Shown here in pieces: positions 42,463 through 51,655 of a stretch of DNA of 64,000 nt. Every line of letters begins with the position of its first letter. Position 1 is the first letter of the stretch. Source of the DNA: Microgenomates group bacterium GW2011_GWC1_46_15 (GTDB lineage Bacteria > Patescibacteriota > Microgenomatia > UBA1400 > UBA12028); assembly GCA_001002285.1 (NCBI GenBank), contig LCLX01000003.1:2560-66559 (forward strand). The letters run 5' to 3'. A model generated the notes under the pieces. It did not search any database. It saw only the letters and a program-made list of their open reading frames with translations, and was not told the DNA's origin. The position numbers were made by a program, and so were the translations under genes.

Positions 42463-44595
42463 ATGTATATAACAACCGCGAAAGATATCAGCGTTTTTGG
42501 CCGAAAAGTGGCGTTGATAGCATTTTATGGCGCAGTGTTAGTCGCACCATTATTATTTCTCCCCACGACAACTGATTTTTTTGATTTTAACAAGCGGATC
42601 TTTTTGGCAGTAACCGCGATCATTTTGCTTGCAGTGTGGGGAATTTTGGCGATTGCAAAAAATACCGTGCGCATTACGGTTTCTCCACTCCTTGTCCCAA
42701 TGCTGGCATACGCAGGAACAGTACTTGTGTCTACTTTTATTGCCACACCCTACCCTATCGAGGTTTTGTGGGGCCGTGGAATGCTTGTCATCGCGCTCAC
42801 ACTCGTTTTTATCTTAGCAACAACAATCATTCATGCAAAAACAGCATTGTATGTACGCTTGTTAAACATCGCCGGCGTTGTGTTGAGTGTTGTTTCACTC
42901 GCGCAAGCCACAGGATATGGAGTAACGCGCCTTTTCAACCTCATTCCCGGAATGAATATGCCAAACTCGGTGTTGTTTAACTTGGCTGGTTCGCCACTGA
43001 TTTGTATTACATTCCTTCTCCCACTCATGCTCATTCAATGGATCTCGTTTTCGCAACACGCACAGGTGACGCAAGCAGAAAAAAGGAGAAAAATATTTGA
43101 AGGTGTTGTTGCCGCACTATTGACCGCAGGCGTTGTGATCAATGGGTACTTTATGCTCCCCGGTAAACTCGCCAACCCTGTTTTGCCACCATTTCAAACC
43201 AGTTGGTCCATCGCTATTGATGTGTTGAAAAAACCAAAAAGCGCATTCTTTGGATTCGGCCCCGAGTCATATGGTGAAGCGTTTACGCAGTTCCGCCCGG
43301 TCGCGCAAAATATGATACCAGATCTTTGGACAATGCGGTTTTCATTTGGGCGCGTTGAACCACTCCATATTGTTACAACACTCGGTTTGTTGGGACTGGC
43401 AGCTTGGGTATTCCTTATGATTTCTATCATCCGTTTCGCGTTGCCACTCCGCGCGTCAACGTGGAAGTTGTCAGTATTGCTCCTCATTCTCATTGCCGAA
43501 CAAATTGTTCTCCCCGCAAACATCCTTGTTCTTGCGTTGATGTACTTCACACTCAGTATATTTGTGTTGGTAAAGAAAGCAGAAAAAGATCAGCGGATTT
43601 CTGAGCTCTTGCTCCACGTGTTTGCCGTACGATTGGTTGCACCAGAAACGGTTGAACGGATCAGTACAGAAAAAACATCAAAAATCTTCGCGCTGATTAT
43701 TGCGACCGTCGCGTTTGCGCTTGTCGGTGTTGCGGGATTTGGCGTGTTCCGCGTGTATGCCGGCGAGTACTATATGGTGCGGTCGTTGTTTGCTGCTCAA
43801 CGCAACGACGGCGTCCAAACGTATGAGTTCCAGAGAAAAGCGCTCGCACATAATCCATTTTCAGACTCGTACCATCGCACGTTTGCTTCAACAAACCTGC
43901 TTATTGCAAACGCAGTCGCGTCTAAACCAAGTCCAACAGAACAAGATAAGGCAAACATTCCGCAACTGCTCCAGCAGGCTATCCGCGAGGCAAAACTCAC
44001 CACAACGCTCGAACCAAGAAGGACTGCAAACTGGGAGGCGCTTGCGAACATCTACAAACAACTCATTCTTGTCGCACAGGGTTCTGATCAATGGGCTATT
44101 GCTGCACTTGTCCGCGCCATTCAGACTAATCCAACCGATCCCACAGAGCGGTTTGAACTTGGCAGCGTGTATATGTCGACTCAGAACTATGAACAGGCAG
44201 TCCGTTTGTTCCAACAGGCCGTTGATCTCAAACCAGACTGGGCAAACGCGCACTATAACCTAGCAAACGCGTATAAACAAAAAGGTGATGTAACTCTCGC
44301 ACTCGACGAGTTGAGAATAATTAAGAATATGTTGCCCGCCGGTAGCACGGACGTTCAAAAACTCGACCAAGATATTGCCGCCATGGAACAAGAGATCGTG
44401 AAGAGTAAGAGGGCTGGAACAACGACGGCACCGTCATCTGCTCCTTCAACAACGAAGAAATCAACGCTTCCTGAGGGACAGATCAAGCTCCCCGCAGACC
44501 TTGGCCTCCCTCAAGAAAATCCTCCAACAACGGTTCCTGCGACACCCGAGACACCTGCTCCATCAGCAACTCCGGCGCCTTCTCCAGCACCGTAA
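42463..44595 (+). CDS. polytopic membrane protein with C-terminal TPR repeats and Pro/Ala/Thr-rich tail (Wzy_C/O-antigen-ligase-like + TPR architecture)
   Basis: 710 aa. At least 10 TM helices in the N-terminal 420 aa. C-terminal TPR-like repeats (...AVRLFQQAVDLKPDWANAHYNLANAYKQKGD...). Terminal PATPETPAPSATPAPSPAP. Lies immediately upstream of three pilin genes, on the opposite strand. Confidence 0.45.
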   Translation: MYITTAKDISVFGRKVALIAFYGAVLVAPLLFLPTTTDFFDFNKRIFLAVTAIILLAVWGILAIAKNTVRITVSPLLVPMLAYAGTVLVSTFIATPYPIEVLWGRGMLVIALTLVFILATTIIHAKTALYVRLLNIAGVVLSVVSLAQATGYGVTRLFNLIPGMNMPNSVLFNLAGSPLICITFLLPLMLIQWISFSQHAQVTQAEKRRKIFEGVVAALLTAGVVINGYFMLPGKLANPVLPPFQTSWSIAIDVLKKPKSAFFGFGPESYGEAFTQFRPVAQNMIPDLWTMRFSFGRVEPLHIVTTLGLLGLAAWVFLMISIIRFALPLRASTWKLSVLLLILIAEQIVLPANILVLALMYFTLSIFVLVKKAEKDQRISELLLHVFAVRLVAPETVERISTEKTSKIFALIIATVAFALVGVAGFGVFRVYAGEYYMVRSLFAAQRNDGVQTYEFQRKALAHNPFSDSYHRTFASTNLLIANAVASKPSPTEQDKANIPQLLQQAIREAKLTTTLEPRRTANWEALANIYKQLILVAQGSDQWAIAALVRAIQTNPTDPTERFELGSVYMSTQNYEQAVRLFQQAVDLKPDWANAHYNLANAYKQKGDVTLALDELRIIKNMLPAGSTDVQKLDQDIAAMEQEIVKSKRAGTTTAPSSAPSTTKKSTLPEGQIKLPADLGLPQENPPTTVPATPETPAPSATPAPSPAP

Positions 44596-44620
44596 GTCTA
44601 ACTCAATAAGGAAAAAATTT

Positions 44621-45169
44621 CTAATCTGAACACACGACATACACGCCGGTTTGTGGACTCGCAATACCACATTTACTTTGACTCACTGCAGAGTCCGGAT
44701 CTGAGATATTTTCTAGTATCGTTGTGAGTTGAAATGCGTTACTCGTAGAGTCCAGCGCATTCCCCTGCTGATATGTATAGTAGTTGGCAGCATCATTGAC
44801 CGGATCTTTCGGAACTTCATTCATGTAGACTGTTGAGCCATTGATAAATGTTTCGCCCCAACTACAGTCCGTGAAGCTTGTAGAAGTGCCGCACCCTTTC
44901 AACGTCGTTCCTACCCCACCCGCTTGCACACCACCAGTATCCGGATACCGCTGAAAGTCGTTATACCAGAGGCGAAGCGCGTTTTTGATCTGCATAAGGT
45001 CGCTTTTGCGCTTGGTATCGCGCGCGCGCTCGCGCGCGCCTGTAAAGTTACTGAACAACAACGCCGACAGTACGCCAATAATCGCGATGACAATCAATAA
45101 CTCAACCAATGTAAATCCGCAACGGCTGGTTTGTCCACCACTCTGCCATGTATTTTTCACCCAATTCAT
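44621..45169 (-). CDS. type IV pilin-like protein (prepilin N-terminal methylation/cleavage motif)
   Basis: 182 aa. ...CGFTLVELLIVIAIIGVLSALLF... class-III signal with conserved Glu5. Confidence 0.8.
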   Translation of the reverse strand: MNWVKNTWQSGGQTSRCGFTLVELLIVIAIIGVLSALLFSNFTGARERARDTKRKSDLMQIKNALRLWYNDFQRYPDTGGVQAGGVGTTLKGCGTSTSFTDCSWGETFINGSTVYMNEVPKDPVNDAANYYTYQQGNALDSTSNAFQLTTILENISDPDSAVSQSKCGIASPQTGVYVVCSD

Positions 45170-45675
45170 TGGAACACCTCCGTCATTGTTGTATTTGGGC
45201 TTCCAACTCCATAGTTACACGTCTTTGTCCCGCACAACTTCCCCAAGTATGACGCAATGTGTTCATCGCGCGTGTTTTCCAGATATCCAAACAGATGATA
45301 TTTTTTACTTCCCGTGTTTGTTTCATACAAAAACTGAATTGTTGGTTGTTTATCATCACTTGGCAACTGATTCATGTACACCGTATTGTTTGCATCCGCG
45401 AACACACCGCCCCATGTGTATCCCTGTAGTCCTCCATCTGCCGCCGCGGGTGGATATGTCCCCTTGTCGTTGTAGTACGTCTCAAGCGCCCGCTGAAGTT
45501 GTGCCATATCATTCTTGCGCTGAGCATCACGCGCTTTAAGTTTTGCCGTTGTAAAATTTCCCGCAATGATCGTGCTTAAAATACCAATGATCACGATCAC
45601 GATCATCATTTCGATAAGAGTAAAGCCTGTGTGGTGCGCGCGTCTTACTATCATTATTGTCCTCCCTGAGAACAC
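45166..45675 (-). CDS. type IV pilin-like protein
   Basis: 169 aa. ...HTGFTLIEMMIVIVIIGILSTII... prepilin signal. Confidence 0.8.
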   Translation of the reverse strand: MFSGRTIMIVRRAHHTGFTLIEMMIVIVIIGILSTIIAGNFTTAKLKARDAQRKNDMAQLQRALETYYNDKGTYPPAAADGGLQGYTWGGVFADANNTVYMNQLPSDDKQPTIQFLYETNTGSKKYHLFGYLENTRDEHIASYLGKLCGTKTCNYGVGSPNTTMTEVFQ

Positions 45676-46355
45676 GAGATGTCCGGATTACATAACGTTC
45701 CATTTGTGTTGCACCGGTACGTTGTCCCCGGACAACACACGCTGCACAGCCCAGCATAGCAAGACTTCCCTCCTGCAAGCGAACACGTTCCCGGAACTGC
45801 CGAACCAACTGGTGATCCGGCGTTCGTGTTCCCGCTGCTGATTCCATAATTATAGTCCGCCGTCCCATCTCCATTTGTGTCTGGACCGCACCCATTATTG
45901 CATCCTATTTTTTCAATGTCAGAATCCGAACCATCTTTTAACACCGTATACATACGGAATGTGTTGCAGTCGTCACGGACATACATATACGCAGTTAAAG
46001 AGGTGGGGTCACAGAGTATTTTTGCCAAATATGGCTGAAGTGTGTCTGCGCCGCACGTCGCAACTAAAGAGGGGTCTGGATAGCACTTGTTATCGTCATA
46101 ATAGTGCTCCAGCCCGATTTTATACGCCGCCAAATCACTTTTTCTGCGTGCGTCACTCGCCTTGATCCGATATTTTTGCACATTAATGAGAGAAAGAAGA
46201 AGGAGAATGGCAATAATAGTGAGCACAATGAGCATTTCGGGAAGTGTCATGCCGCGGGAAAATTTGAAATTGTGAAAAGAAAATGGTGTATGGCGATGTG
46301 ATGCACGAGCCTTGGTGGGCATAGTTCTATGGTAGCACATTCTCAAGCGAGTCAA
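45654..46355 (-). CDS. type IV pilin-like protein with Cys-rich C-terminal domain
   Basis: 233 aa. ...SRGMTLPEMLIVLTIIAILLLLSL... prepilin signal. Nine or more Cys in the C-terminal half (disulfide-rich head). Confidence 0.75.
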   Translation of the reverse strand: MTRLRMCYHRTMPTKARASHRHTPFSFHNFKFSRGMTLPEMLIVLTIIAILLLLSLINVQKYRIKASDARRKSDLAAYKIGLEHYYDDNKCYPDPSLVATCGADTLQPYLAKILCDPTSLTAYMYVRDDCNTFRMYTVLKDGSDSDIEKIGCNNGCGPDTNGDGTADYNYGISSGNTNAGSPVGSAVPGTCSLAGGKSCYAGLCSVCCPGTTYRCNTNGTLCNPDISCSQGGQ

Positions 46356-46498
46356 AGAATTTTTCGAAGCGCTCAGGGTGAAGAATTTTCTTTAGTGAGA
46401 TCGATTTCTTTTCGAGGAACTCGGGGCGTAGGGTCCCCTGGAGACAAGAAAAGAAACTGATCGAACTTGGTGTTATGACCCACCAGATGCTTCGAACT

Positions 46499-46574
46499 TG
46501 GTGGACCCGATCGGACTCGAACCGACCACCTCTGCAATGCGAATGCAGCGCTCTACCAGATGAGCTACGGGCCC
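46499..46574 (-). tRNA. tRNA-Ala (anticodon CGC), CCA encoded
   Basis: Reverse complement is GGGCCCGTAGCTCATCTGGTAGAGCGCTGCATTCGCATTGCAGAGGTGGTCGGTTCGAGTCCGATCGGGTCCACCA. G3:U70 Ala identity pair. Anticodon loop TTCGCAT. Confidence 0.88.
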
Positions 46575-46611
46575 GTATACCTTGCATTATTGTACACTGG
46601 GCATACAAATC

Positions 46612-46881
46612 TTATTTTTCATAAACCTGATTATGAGAACCAATGTCATATAAAAACAATATTCCGTCTGAAATTCTATACACGACGCGGATATCTCCCG
46701 TAACAGAGAATGCATTATATTGGCTTTTTTCTCCAATAAGTCGATGATTTCTCAGAAGTTGATGTTTGGGATTCTCAATGCACAACGCCAGCCTTTGCCG
46801 AAATTGAATCTCTAAGTTTTTATATGGTGCAATGCGTTTTTGATAGTGTTTTTTGAATTCTTTAAGATAATGAATGTCCAT
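46612..46881 (-). CDS. RelE/ParE-superfamily toxin (YafQ-like mRNA interferase)
   Basis: 89 aa. ...LKEFKKHYQKR...NPKHQLLRNHRLIGEKSQYNAFSVTGDIRVVYRISDGILFLYDIGSHNQVY, typical of YafQ/RelE toxins. Overlaps the upstream antitoxin gene by 20 nt. Confidence 0.7.
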   Translation of the reverse strand: MDIHYLKEFKKHYQKRIAPYKNLEIQFRQRLALCIENPKHQLLRNHRLIGEKSQYNAFSVTGDIRVVYRISDGILFLYDIGSHNQVYEK

Positions 46882-47161
46882 GAAGTTGCTCCATTAGGGC
46901 ATCCACGGAGCCAGCAGAAAAAACGCGAGTTTTCTTTTTAAACGCATGCGTCATGCGCTGATATCGTTTTTCCGCCTTTGGAGACAGCTTGACTGTTTCC
47001 TGGATAGAAATTGTTATTTGTTTCGATGCAAGTTTTGTTAACAATACGCGAACAACTTCCTGCAATGAGGAAAATCCCATATCTTCCGCAACTTGAGTTG
47101 CGGTTGATTTGAGTGTTGAGCTGAGCGGGATTTGTAAAATTGTTCTTCCATCCATAATCAT
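46862..47161 (-). CDS. DinJ/RelB-like antitoxin
   Basis: 99 aa, small, immediately upstream of and overlapping the toxin gene. N-terminal ribbon-helix-helix-like segment. Confidence 0.55.
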   Translation of the reverse strand: MIMDGRTILQIPLSSTLKSTATQVAEDMGFSSLQEVVRVLLTKLASKQITISIQETVKLSPKAEKRYQRMTHAFKKKTRVFSAGSVDALMEQLHGHSLS

Positions 47162-47196
47162 ACAATTGTAATGATTTGGTATGAATTGTCAAGTAG

Positions 47197-47267
47197 TGGA
47201 CCCGAGGGGAATCGAACCCCTCCTATCTGACTGCCAGCCAGATGTTCTACCACTAAACTACGGGCCC
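47197..47267 (-). tRNA. tRNA-Ala (anticodon GGC)
   Basis: Reverse complement is GGGCCCGTAGTTTAGTGGTAGAACATCTGGCTGGCAGTCAGATAGGAGGGGTTCGATTCCCCTCGGGTCCA. G3:U70. Anticodon loop CTGGCAG. CCA not encoded. Confidence 0.85.
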
Positions 47268-47314
47268 TCTTTGAGCAACCTTATTATAAATGATCTGGGC
47301 TAAAGACTCCAACG

Positions 47315-48301
47315 TTATATGGTGAAAAGCTTGTCTCGCAACGCTTCAACCCCATTATGAATCGCCGCCGAAATGAAGAGCGCGCGCGGGAAGATTTTTT
47401 TCATTTCTTTTTTGACTGCCGTGTCATATACGTCGCACTTATTGATACACACAAGGCTCTTTTTCTTAAGCATGTCCGGCAAAAATTCCTTCAATTCTTT
47501 CTTTAACACTGCGAGTTGTTCGCGTAGTGATTGCGCTTTTTCTTTTGCCGACGCATCGGTATCAAAAAGAACGCTATCATCAAGCGCGAGGACGAATAAT
47601 AGGATCGAACACCGTTCAATGTGCTTCAAAAATTCATGCCCCAAACCCTTCCCCTGCGCCGCTCCTTCAATGAGGCCTGGAATGTCGGCAAGAATCAACG
47701 AGCTTGTCTTATCTTTTGAAAACAACACACCAAGATTGGGCGATAATGTGGTAAATGGATAGTTCGCAATTTCCGGTGTTGCACGTGTTAATACAGAAAG
47801 CAGTGTGCTTTTCCCCGCATTGGGAAAACCAACAAATCCAACGTTTGCCAGTAACTTTAACTCAAGATGAAGCTCAAACTTCTCTCCAACTCCTCCGGGT
47901 TCTGCATACCGCGGCGTTTGATTCACACTGCTTTTAAACGCCTCATTCCCCCGCCCGCCTTTGCCACCACGGGCAACACGCAACCGTTCTCCATCCTTCA
48001 CAATCTCGCCAACTCCTTCAATCACCGTACCAAGTGGAACGGCAACATCAGTATCATCACCATTTCTCCCATGCATTTTATTCCCGCCACCATGACCACC
48101 GAGTTCGGCACGAAAAATTTTAGAACCACGGAAGTGCTGAAGCGTGTTCAAATCTTTATTGCCAACCAAGTACACCGAACCACCGTGACCTCCATCGCCG
48201 CCATCGGGACCGCCTTTGGACATAAACTTGAGATGCAAAAAGGAAACGGCTCCGCCTCCCCCGTCTCCAGCTCGAACAACAATGCGGACATCATCAACCA
48301 T
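47315..48301 (-). CDS. obg: GTPase Obg/CgtA
   Basis: 328 aa. N-terminal Gly-rich Obg fold (...AGDGGGGAVSFLHLKFMSKGGPDGGDGGHGGSV...), G-domain motifs GFPNAGKST and DIPGLIEGA. Confidence 0.92.
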   Translation of the reverse strand: MVDDVRIVVRAGDGGGGAVSFLHLKFMSKGGPDGGDGGHGGSVYLVGNKDLNTLQHFRGSKIFRAELGGHGGGNKMHGRNGDDTDVAVPLGTVIEGVGEIVKDGERLRVARGGKGGRGNEAFKSSVNQTPRYAEPGGVGEKFELHLELKLLANVGFVGFPNAGKSTLLSVLTRATPEIANYPFTTLSPNLGVLFSKDKTSSLILADIPGLIEGAAQGKGLGHEFLKHIERCSILLFVLALDDSVLFDTDASAKEKAQSLREQLAVLKKELKEFLPDMLKKKSLVCINKCDVYDTAVKKEMKKIFPRALFISAAIHNGVEALRDKLFTI

Positions 48302-48307
48302 AAAAAC

Positions 48308-49429
48308 CTACTTTAAGTATGATAACGGACTTTCATGAACTCCGCCGCGCCGGATCTCAAAATGGAGATGTGTCCCTGTGCTGCGGCCAGTGCTTCCCAT
48401 TTGGCCAATAATATCTCCACGGCGTACCGTCTGTCCCACCTGCACTTGAATCAGCGCAAGATGGGCATATAACGTAGAGTATCCATTTCCATGATCAATG
48501 ATAATGCGGTTTCCGTACCCAGCGTTGTCTATCCAGCCCGCGACAATCACTTTTCCTGAATCGGCGGCAAGAACATTTCCACCACTGCGGTTTGCGATAT
48601 CCGTACCCTTGTGATAAAACCTGAAATCCTGCGTAATACGGCCAGAAGCCGGCCACACAAACGAACCCGTTGGTGACACGGAACCTGCGTTGGGAGTAAG
48701 GACACTTGCAACCGATGATGGCGGCAAAAGATCACCCGCAGGCATCATACCATCTGGAATCACAAGGTCTTGGCCAACAGAGAGCGCAAATGTTTCGTCG
48801 TTAGTAAACGTGTTGAATGGATAGTCAACAACACCCTGGGCTTGTGTGTCTTCTAGCCCATACAGTTTGGCGATGGTATAGATCGTCTCCCCCTTCTTTA
48901 CCTTGTGCAAAACACCATCAACTGGCAAAATTTTGAGTTGTTGACCGGGTTTAATGAGTGGTTTTTTCTCGTTGAGTTTATTCAGCCACAAAATGGTTGT
49001 TGGTTTGAGGTTATACAGCCTCGCGATAGACTCCACGGTCTCACCATTTTTCACTTCGTGCGTAATGACCTCACCGCCACGGTACTGCACCACTTCTCTC
49101 CCCTGCACCGTTGTCATTGCTTGACTCGAATCTGTTGCGGAAGACAATACTCCAGAGGGTAATTCGTCTGGAACCCGGTCGCCGGCGTTCACTTTTTGGA
49201 GAATCAACGGACCAAGTGTAATACCGACAAACGCGATAACGGTCATGACAATGTGCAAAAATGGCCGAGTGTACTTTCCGCGGCGCTTGTAGAGAAGATC
49301 AACAATCACGTCTTTGAGTTTTTCAAACTGTGCAAAAAAAGAGTACAGCCGGGTGCGCACGTACCGCATAAAAAACACTGAAAACGTGCGGAGTTCTTGC
49401 ATAAATGAGTGTTTTTCATACACGGACAT
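48308..49429 (-). CDS. LysM-domain M23 family metallopeptidase (peptidoglycan DD-endopeptidase-like)
   Basis: 373 aa. N-terminal TM. Two LysM-like repeats (GETVESIARLYNL..., KGETIYTIAKLYG...). C-terminal M23 motifs HKGTDIA and GSTGRSTGTHLHFEI. Confidence 0.85.
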   Translation of the reverse strand: MSVYEKHSFMQELRTFSVFFMRYVRTRLYSFFAQFEKLKDVIVDLLYKRRGKYTRPFLHIVMTVIAFVGITLGPLILQKVNAGDRVPDELPSGVLSSATDSSQAMTTVQGREVVQYRGGEVITHEVKNGETVESIARLYNLKPTTILWLNKLNEKKPLIKPGQQLKILPVDGVLHKVKKGETIYTIAKLYGLEDTQAQGVVDYPFNTFTNDETFALSVGQDLVIPDGMMPAGDLLPPSSVASVLTPNAGSVSPTGSFVWPASGRITQDFRFYHKGTDIANRSGGNVLAADSGKVIVAGWIDNAGYGNRIIIDHGNGYSTLYAHLALIQVQVGQTVRRGDIIGQMGSTGRSTGTHLHFEIRRGGVHESPLSYLK

Positions 49430-49499
49430 AGTAGGGTGTTATTGTACACTGCCCAGAGGAAAAAGTCCTCCCCTCAATCGAAGAAGACGTTCTGAGAGA

Positions 49500-51065
49500 C
49501 TATCCCTCTTTTAGGCTCGCCAAAAACTCTTTATTAGACTTCGTTCTCTTCAACCGGTCCAACAAGAGTGATGTCCGCTCGTCTTTGCCCAGGATATCAA
49601 TCATGCGGTGCATGACGATGATACTTTGGTAATCTGTCTGGCTGAACAAGAGATCTTCGCGACGTGTTCCCGAACGCTGAACGTCAATCGATGGGAAGAT
49701 GCGGCGGTCTGCAAGCGCGCGGTCGAGCACCAACTCCATGTTACCCGTTCCCTTGAACTCCTCATAAATGAGGTCGTCCATGCGTGAACCGGTATCAACA
49801 AGCGCCGTGCCAATGATGGTAAGCGATCCATGGCCTTCAAAGTTGCGCGCCGCGCCAAAGAACCGTTTGGGTGGATACAGCGCCGCTGGATCAAATCCAC
49901 CTGAGAGCGTACGCCCAGAGGTTGGGATTGCCAAGTTATACGCGCGGGCAAGCCGAGTGATCGAGTCCAACAGAATGACAACGTGCTGGCCATCTTCAAC
50001 CAACCGCTTTGCGCGCTCAAGCGCCAACTCCGCAACCCGCGTCTGCTCTTCTGCAGGCTCGTCAAAGTTGCTTGCAGCAACTTCGCCTCGCCCACCCGTA
50101 ATTCCCTCAATATGTCTGCGGATATCTGTCACTTCTTCCGGACGCTCACCGATCAACACCGCCATAATGTGCGAGTCGGGATAGTTTTTCGCGACGCCGG
50201 TTGAAATTTCCTTCATCACCGTTGTTTTTCCAGCCTTTGGTGGAGAAACAATCATGCCACGCTGTCCTTTTCCGATTGGCGCAACCAAGTCAATTAAGCG
50301 GGTAGACAATGTTTCTGCTCCCGTTTCCAGCGTGAACCGTTCATCTGGGTACACGGGTGTAAGATCATCAAAACGGATACGCTTCTCGACCTCTTCAACT
50401 GGCTTTCCATTCACTTTTTCTACCTTCAACAAACCCCAAAAACGCTCGTTTTCTTTTGGAATACGCGCGGGACCTTCCACAACATCGCCGGGGCGGAGAT
50501 AAAAGCGACGGATTTGTGACGAGCTAATGTACACATCACGGTTTGATGGTGAAAAACGCGGCCGCAATAACCCATGGCCATCTGGTGACGTGTCTAAAAT
50601 ACCATTTACTGTTTCTGTTGGAACATCACTATCCTGCATATTCATATCATCATTCATTCCCATGTCGTCATTACGGTTACCCGCTGGCATGTATCTCCCA
50701 CGGCTTCCACCAGCACTTCCCATACGACCACGCGTGTCATTACGCATATCTCCTCCTCGATTTCCCCGGTCATCGTTACGATCCCGTGATACCCAAGGAC
50801 GACGGGCTGCGCCTAGATTGCCGCCGCCCATACCTCCACCATTCATACTTCCACCCATTGCGCCGCCACTCACATTACTGCCGACTAACGGCCGGATTGG
50901 CGTTGGCAACTCAGATTCCGCAGCAGACACCGGAATCACCGGCACACTGCGCACTGATTTTGCTTTTTGCTTTTCTGTTTGAGCTTTTTCTTCTTCGGCC
51001 GGAGGACGGCCAACGAGCGAGGCAACATCAACAACATCGTCTGATGTTTTTTTTGTGACTGGCAT
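49500..51065 (-). CDS. rho: transcription termination factor Rho with a G/N/D/M/R-rich low-complexity N-terminal insertion
   Basis: 521 aa. RNA-binding OB domain and RecA-like ATPase with Walker A (GKTTVMKEI). About 90-aa disordered insert (GGAMGGSMNGGGMGGGN...NDDMGMNDDMNMQD) after the N-terminal helices. Confidence 0.9.
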   Translation of the reverse strand: MPVTKKTSDDVVDVASLVGRPPAEEEKAQTEKQKAKSVRSVPVIPVSAAESELPTPIRPLVGSNVSGGAMGGSMNGGGMGGGNLGAARRPWVSRDRNDDRGNRGGDMRNDTRGRMGSAGGSRGRYMPAGNRNDDMGMNDDMNMQDSDVPTETVNGILDTSPDGHGLLRPRFSPSNRDVYISSSQIRRFYLRPGDVVEGPARIPKENERFWGLLKVEKVNGKPVEEVEKRIRFDDLTPVYPDERFTLETGAETLSTRLIDLVAPIGKGQRGMIVSPPKAGKTTVMKEISTGVAKNYPDSHIMAVLIGERPEEVTDIRRHIEGITGGRGEVAASNFDEPAEEQTRVAELALERAKRLVEDGQHVVILLDSITRLARAYNLAIPTSGRTLSGGFDPAALYPPKRFFGAARNFEGHGSLTIIGTALVDTGSRMDDLIYEEFKGTGNMELVLDRALADRRIFPSIDVQRSGTRREDLLFSQTDYQSIIVMHRMIDILGKDERTSLLLDRLKRTKSNKEFLASLKEG

Positions 51066-51655
51066 ACAAAAACTCCTTTTATTATTTTTTACTGTATACG
51101 TGGCGTACTGTTATGGGTGAAACATTGAAAAATAGTCATGCGTTGCTGGTATCTATATATCTCTATGCTTTACGGGGAACTGCTCTACACCTGCATTGTG
51201 CCATCTGTCTGGTCATTCGTCAAGCACAAATCACGTTCTTTGTACTTTATATGCGCCTCTGCGATGCGTGTTTTTGCGATCGGATTCCTACGGAAGTTCG
51301 GATGCCTGCCCAACCTCCGAACCTCCATACGAATCCGATAGCTGGTACACTCGCACGCCGTCCTTCTCAAATCGCAGTATGTGTGTTGACAATTGTCGTG
51401 GCACTTGCTACTGTGTTACTTAAGTTTGTTTCGAAAGAAACAGATGGTCCTAAAAAAGCATTGCTATTCGTGGCTCAATTCCAGCGATAGTGATGCTTTT
51501 TTATTGGCTGATCAGATTATAATCGTGTTCCGCCCCTTGTCAAGCCTATAACAAACATTACACTAATTAATGGATACCCTATAACAAACAATGTCATACA
51601 TTTTACTCAAGAAAAATGAAAGATTTCCGCATAAAAAATGTGCGTGTGGATAACT

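Noticed and set aside
46327-46608. ORF 46327..46608 (-)
   Set aside because: Overlaps tRNA-Ala(CGC) and the pilin promoter region.
49601-50204. Antisense and alternative-frame ORFs within rho (49601..50110-, 49768..50184+, 50527..51058+)
   Set aside because: Nested in a well-supported Rho CDS. Pro/Arg/His-rich translations characteristic of wrong-frame reading of the Gly/Asn/Asp-rich insert.
51113-51490. ORFs 51113..51490 and 51138..51341 in the rho-radA interval
   Set aside because: No RBS, Cys/Leu-rich low-complexity translation. Treated as non-coding.
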